This document shows, piece after piece, positions 13,250 through 17,320 of a DNA stretch of 17,320 nucleotides (its first letter is position 1; each line of letters begins with the position of its first letter). This DNA comes from a virus (lineage: Duplodnaviria; Heunggongvirae; Uroviricota; Caudoviricetes). A program made the translations under genes and the position numbers. The notes below the pieces were generated by a model, which saw only the letters and a list, made by a program, of their open reading frames with translations, was not told the DNA's origin and did no database searches. The DNA lies in IMG/VR virus record IMGVR_UViG_3300044641_000519; one strand, given 5' to 3'.

Positions 13250-14176
13250 ATGAAACCAGTTTGTTTAAATCTGGAAGAATGCAATGGATTGGGTGACCTT
13301 CTCTGTGCCACCCCCACTATCAAAAAACTTCATGACTCCTATCAAAAAAAGATAACCATCATCTCTCAGATGCCTGAGTTGTTTAAGATGAATCCATATG
13401 TAGAGAAGAGTTATAAGAGCAGCTCTGTAGATATGACGTACATACAATGTAATTACATTGTACATAATTCATTCTACTTAGTAGGTAAAAAGGACGAGCG
13501 TGGTATAGAGATGAAGCACAACATGATGGATATCAGACAGTTCCATGCTATACATCTAGGATTTATGCTTACTCAAGATGAACTAGAGTGTCACTACAGA
13601 CCTATAGAACAACAAGTTAATCATATAGAAGGTAAGTATGCTGTGATACATCCTGTTAATAGCTGGCCTAATAGAACCTGGTCTCAAGATAACTGGCTTA
13701 ATTTAGTTGATGAACTAATCAAATGGGGATATAAAGTGGTAGCTGTGGGTAAGGATAGCTCTGAGACAGGGTTCTTTAATGTAGACAAACCTGTACATGA
13801 GATGAATGATAAGGTGATTAACCTGATGAATCAAACATCTATCTCTGAGACTTGGCACTTGATTAACAATGCTGCAGTTGTTATCACTATGGATAGTGGC
13901 ATCCTACACTTAGCAGGTACAACCAACACTAATATTGTTGAACTAGGCTCTCCTATCAATCCAGAGTTTCGTAGACCATATAGAAAAGAAGGCAAACATA
14001 TATACGTAAGAGGAGGATGTGGATTACATTGTTCATCCAATATGAAATATGCTCTTGAGTATTGGGACACTATAGACTCTGTGCAACCATTGATAGGATG
14101 TTTAGAGAAGAAAGAAACATTTGAATGTCATCCATCTGTAGCTCAGGTTATTCATTCAATTAATACCAACTTATGA
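13250..14176 (+). CDS. Glycosyltransferase family 9 (ADP-heptose:LPS heptosyltransferase-like)
   Basis: GLGDLLCATPTIKKL, VIHP...WPNRTW, LMNQTSISETWHLINNAAVVITMDSGILHLAGT are GT9 signatures. Confidence 0.88.
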   Translation: MKPVCLNLEECNGLGDLLCATPTIKKLHDSYQKKITIISQMPELFKMNPYVEKSYKSSSVDMTYIQCNYIVHNSFYLVGKKDERGIEMKHNMMDIRQFHAIHLGFMLTQDELECHYRPIEQQVNHIEGKYAVIHPVNSWPNRTWSQDNWLNLVDELIKWGYKVVAVGKDSSETGFFNVDKPVHEMNDKVINLMNQTSISETWHLINNAAVVITMDSGILHLAGTTNTNIVELGSPINPEFRRPYRKEGKHIYVRGGCGLHCSSNMKYALEYWDTIDSVQPLIGCLEKKETFECHPSVAQVIHSINTNL

Positions 14177-16818
14177 AAAAATTATTAATCATTACTCCTC
14201 ATCTATCAACAGGAGGAGCTCCACAGGTGACAGTTAATAAGATTGAACTACTTAAGGATAGCTTTGATATCATGGTGGTTGAATGGGAGTGTATAGCCTG
14301 GGCATTTGTTGTACAAAGAAATAGAATCATTAACCTTGTAGGAGATAAGTTTAAGTCTTTAGGAGAGAACAAGAAGACTGAACTGTTGGAAATTATACAG
14401 GAGTTCCAACCAGATGTAATATCTATGGAAGAGTTTCCAGAAATGTTTATGCCTGATGATGTCACAGCACAAATCTACCACAAAGATACACCATGGAAGA
14501 TAGTAGAAACTACACATGATAGTTCCTTCAGACCTGAGTGGAAGAGATGGGCACCTGATAGATTTATATTTGTTAGTCCTTATAACGCATTCAAATACGT
14601 CAACTTAGATATACCAATGGATATAATTGAATATCCTGTAAATAAGAAAGGACGTAATAAAGTGGAGATGCAAAACAAGTTAGGACTAGATCCTAGTTAC
14701 AAACACATTGTCACTGTAGGACTGTTCACTCCTAGGAAGAATCAAGCTTATGCTTTTGAAATGGCTAAAGAGCTAGAGAAATATAAGGTGAAGTTTCACT
14801 TCTTAGGTAACCAAGCTGGTAACTTTGAGTCTTATTGGAAGCCATTAATGCAGAATAAACCAGACAACTGTGTCATCTGGGGAGAGCGTGATGATGTATC
14901 TGAATTCCTACAGGCTTGTGATGTGTTCTTCTTTCCATCTAAGGGAGACAGAGGTAACAAGGAACTTAATCCAATAGCCATCAAAGAAGCTATGGAATAT
15001 GACATAGTTAAGTTAATGTATAACCTAGATGTGTATTGTAACAAATACAATGGTCAGAAGGACATGATGTATTTAACAGGTGACATAACTATTGATACAG
15101 TTAATCTTATGATAAGACTAGACCTAGATAGACTAGACGAGGAGTTAATCATCATAGGTACCTATCCTAATCTAAAGGAGCGTGTTAACTTAACTAAGAA
15201 AACCATAGAGTCTATGAAGTCTCTAGGTAGAAAGATTATGTTAGTCTCACACTACCCTGTAGACGATGAGATTCAACGTATGGTAGATTATTACATCTAT
15301 GATGCACACAACCCACTCACTCATCACAGCTATTACACAAAGTTTTATAATGATACTTCTAACTACTATGCTGAGATAAACATCAATGGACTTAAGGATA
15401 CCAATCAGTCTCTTACAGTGTTAACTAATATGTACAATGGATTTAAAGCTGCTAAACAGTTAGGATACAAACGTGTGTTCTATAATACATATGATGTTAT
15501 TGTAGATCTTAGAGACTTACAGATGATAGAAACATCATTTGCTTCTGGTAAGAATGCATACTTAGCTACACTTCCTACACCTATGGGTAAAGGAATTCAG
15601 ACTAATGGAATGATGTTTGATATAGACTACTTCCTTAATACATTTGATGACACAGCTGACGCAAAAGAATACAATAGAATCTGTGAGCAAATAGGAGCTC
15701 AGAACTTCTTAGAGGATTATCTATCAAAAAGAATCAATGATGATAATGTAGAAATAGTTACCAATGAGCAAGAAACATTACTAATCCATAGTGGCTTAGG
15801 CACATCTTCTAACAGTGAGTATTATTCTATTGTTCCAATTGTTGGAAAACCAAACAATTATATGTTCTATTTCTTTACATATAATGTAGACCACAGAACT
15901 ATATATGTTACTATAGGAGATGTAGACAAAAGAATCCAAGTGGCTAAGACTAGAGAATGGATGTATCCTTTTAAGTTTAATGGAGATCCAATTGATATAC
16001 AACTAGACTTCTACGATGGAGATCATTGCTACAAAATAGAGAAGTATAACCTAAACAAGAACAATCTAGATAAGTATCAAAGCACAGGTAGGTTTGAATT
16101 CAAACAGAAAGATAGACCAAGAATAAAATTAGTTCACATACAAACTACATTAAACGATGAAAGAGAACAAGCCAGTAGAGCATCCCTTGAACAAGTCAAA
16201 GACCATGGTTGGGAATACAGGTTACACCTTAACAAGCCCTATAAATCACTACCACCATCATACAACTGCATTAGACCAGATTGTGTTTCAATGGAACTCT
16301 TCAATGAACAGCAAGTTCAACAGTATGGTACTGCACTTACCCCAGCACATTATGGATGCTATCAAGCATTCAGAGATGCCATCCTAAGTGAATTTCATGA
16401 TTGTGATTTCTTAATAGTGTGCGAAGGAGATTGTATCATTGAGACAGACATACACAATTTCATACGAAAAGTTGAGGAATGTGCACACTTATTAGTACCA
16501 AACAACATAGAGTTTATGTCATTTGGTGATAAGGATACATTAGAACATGGCTGGCCTCAGAGCCCTGAGGTAAGAAAAATCAATGATGTAATGTATGAAA
16601 CCAACCACATTATTGGTTTACAATGCATCATGTTCCCAGCTCACATAGCTCCATGGTTAAAAGAAACATTACGTAAAGAACCTTGGGATGCTGCAGATAT
16701 GTATTTCAACATTATATTTAACAACCAAAAGATGGGTATTGTATATGAAAGACTCACCACACAAGCAGATGGGTTTTCATTAATAGACAACATGGAAAAA
16801 TCATTCATAAAGAAATGA
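14173..16818 (+). CDS. Multidomain glycosyltransferase: GT4-like GT-B + GT-A-like domain + GT25-like domain
   Basis: N-terminal STGGAP...TVGLFTPRKNQ...FLQACDVFFFPS...ELNPIAIKEAM (GT4); middle IIIGTYP...IMLVSHYP...YNTYDVIV; C-terminal HYGCYQAF...LIVCEGDCII...GLQCIMFP...AADMYF (GT25-like). ATGA overlap with the GT9 gene. Confidence 0.8.
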   Translation: MKKLLIITPHLSTGGAPQVTVNKIELLKDSFDIMVVEWECIAWAFVVQRNRIINLVGDKFKSLGENKKTELLEIIQEFQPDVISMEEFPEMFMPDDVTAQIYHKDTPWKIVETTHDSSFRPEWKRWAPDRFIFVSPYNAFKYVNLDIPMDIIEYPVNKKGRNKVEMQNKLGLDPSYKHIVTVGLFTPRKNQAYAFEMAKELEKYKVKFHFLGNQAGNFESYWKPLMQNKPDNCVIWGERDDVSEFLQACDVFFFPSKGDRGNKELNPIAIKEAMEYDIVKLMYNLDVYCNKYNGQKDMMYLTGDITIDTVNLMIRLDLDRLDEELIIIGTYPNLKERVNLTKKTIESMKSLGRKIMLVSHYPVDDEIQRMVDYYIYDAHNPLTHHSYYTKFYNDTSNYYAEININGLKDTNQSLTVLTNMYNGFKAAKQLGYKRVFYNTYDVIVDLRDLQMIETSFASGKNAYLATLPTPMGKGIQTNGMMFDIDYFLNTFDDTADAKEYNRICEQIGAQNFLEDYLSKRINDDNVEIVTNEQETLLIHSGLGTSSNSEYYSIVPIVGKPNNYMFYFFTYNVDHRTIYVTIGDVDKRIQVAKTREWMYPFKFNGDPIDIQLDFYDGDHCYKIEKYNLNKNNLDKYQSTGRFEFKQKDRPRIKLVHIQTTLNDEREQASRASLEQVKDHGWEYRLHLNKPYKSLPPSYNCIRPDCVSMELFNEQQVQQYGTALTPAHYGCYQAFRDAILSEFHDCDFLIVCEGDCIIETDIHNFIRKVEECAHLLVPNNIEFMSFGDKDTLEHGWPQSPEVRKINDVMYETNHIIGLQCIMFPAHIAPWLKETLRKEPWDAADMYFNIIFNNQKMGIVYERLTTQADGFSLIDNMEKSFIKK

Positions 16819-17320
16819 AAAGAATAGTTATTATAAGTTGTTACCCTTCTGGACAGAGAGAAGTAGAAATTCTTAATAGATGTATAGAAGGATTTAGACA
16901 TACAGGATGGGACATCATGATTGTTAGTCATCTACCAATTGATGAAACCACTGCTAAGAAAGTGGAATACACCATCTATGATAGTAACAATACATTCCTT
17001 CCTCCTACATACACCCCTAATTGGTGGCTTCAAACAAATGAACATGCCATAAATATATTTAATGCAGGTCATACTCTTCCTATATGTAGAAACATGAGAT
17101 GTGGCATTGGCTTAGCAAAGGCTATGGGATATGATGAGTTTATATTTACAGAGTGTGATGTTCTTCTATCTGAGTTTGATGCAACTAAACTAGTAGGACT
17201 AATGGATGATATGAGTGGCTTAGATAAGAAGATGTTATTCTTTAGACCTGAGGAGTATAGAGACTGTGAAGGCTCTTATGTATATGAGACATTGCTATTT
17301 GGTGGTAACACTACCTTCTT
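16815..17320 (+). CDS. GT-A-like protein paralogous to the middle domain of 14173..16818 (3'-truncated; not in ORF track)
   Basis: MKRIVIISCYPSGQREVEILNRCIEGFRHTGWDIMIVSHLPIDETTAKKVEYTIYDSNN...AKAMGYDEFIFTECDVLL; open to the window edge; ATGA overlap at 16815-16818. Confidence 0.85.
   Translation, partial: MKRIVIISCYPSGQREVEILNRCIEGFRHTGWDIMIVSHLPIDETTAKKVEYTIYDSNNTFLPPTYTPNWWLQTNEHAINIFNAGHTLPICRNMRCGIGLAKAMGYDEFIFTECDVLLSEFDATKLVGLMDDMSGLDKKMLFFRPEEYRDCEGSYVYETLLFGGNTTF

Noticed and set aside
13192-13323. 44-aa N-terminal extension of the DUF6165-like ORF (likewise extensions to 776, 963, 12437 and 12741)
   Set aside because: These run through promoters or neighbouring genes; internal ATGs coincide with the family-like start or with stop-start coupling.
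93-16931. Short opposite-strand or alternate-frame ORFs in the track (e.g. 93..293+, 915..1166+, 2446..2820+, 5889..6146+, 10681..11022+, 14199..14465-, 16641..16931-)
   Set aside because: They are shadows of well-supported genes, with no motifs or coupling signals, and their composition mirrors the antisense codons.
1-17320. Stop-codon reassignment as in some Bacteroidota phages
   Set aside because: Genes tile the window fully under code 11, with long uninterrupted ORFs and sensible stop-start junctions.
1-17320. tRNA, rRNA or structured ncRNA genes
   Set aside because: The intergenic gaps are short and explained by promoters; no cloverleaf or GC-rich stem pattern was seen.

Overview
AT-rich, gene-dense segment that looks like part of a large tailed phage infecting a Bacteroidota host. 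Support: a GH19 endolysin with holin/spanin-like neighbours, many tiny Lys-rich ORFs, five Bacteroidota TTG-N19-20-TAnnTTTG promoters, and Q-rule signal peptides. No capsid, terminase or portal gene is in the window, so phage origin is inferred. Minus-strand blocks, in transcription order: (i) lysis cassette (12693-10782), running directly into (ii) a coupled module of exported proteins (10644-5198): two paralogous CsgG/HfaB-like proteins, a cohesin/dockerin-like protein, a stand-alone T9SS-CTD-like lipoprotein, two membrane proteins and a predicted outer-membrane beta-barrel; (iii) a mirror-symmetric five-gene cassette (5104-2433) in which an HPAT/SGT1-like O-glycosyltransferase is flanked by two poly-Thr mucin-like mini-proteins, each sharing its N-terminal module with a longer outer paralog; (iv) a Dps/ferritin-like gene and a run of small basic proteins. 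The plus strand from 13250 carries a glycosyltransferase cluster (GT9; GT4-GTA-GT25-like fusion; a paralogous GT-A-like protein), divergent from a DUF6165-like gene across an interlocked bidirectional promoter. Seven real-looking ORFs absent from the supplied track were found by hand, and six start sites were corrected. Family assignments come from motif recognition, not database searches.
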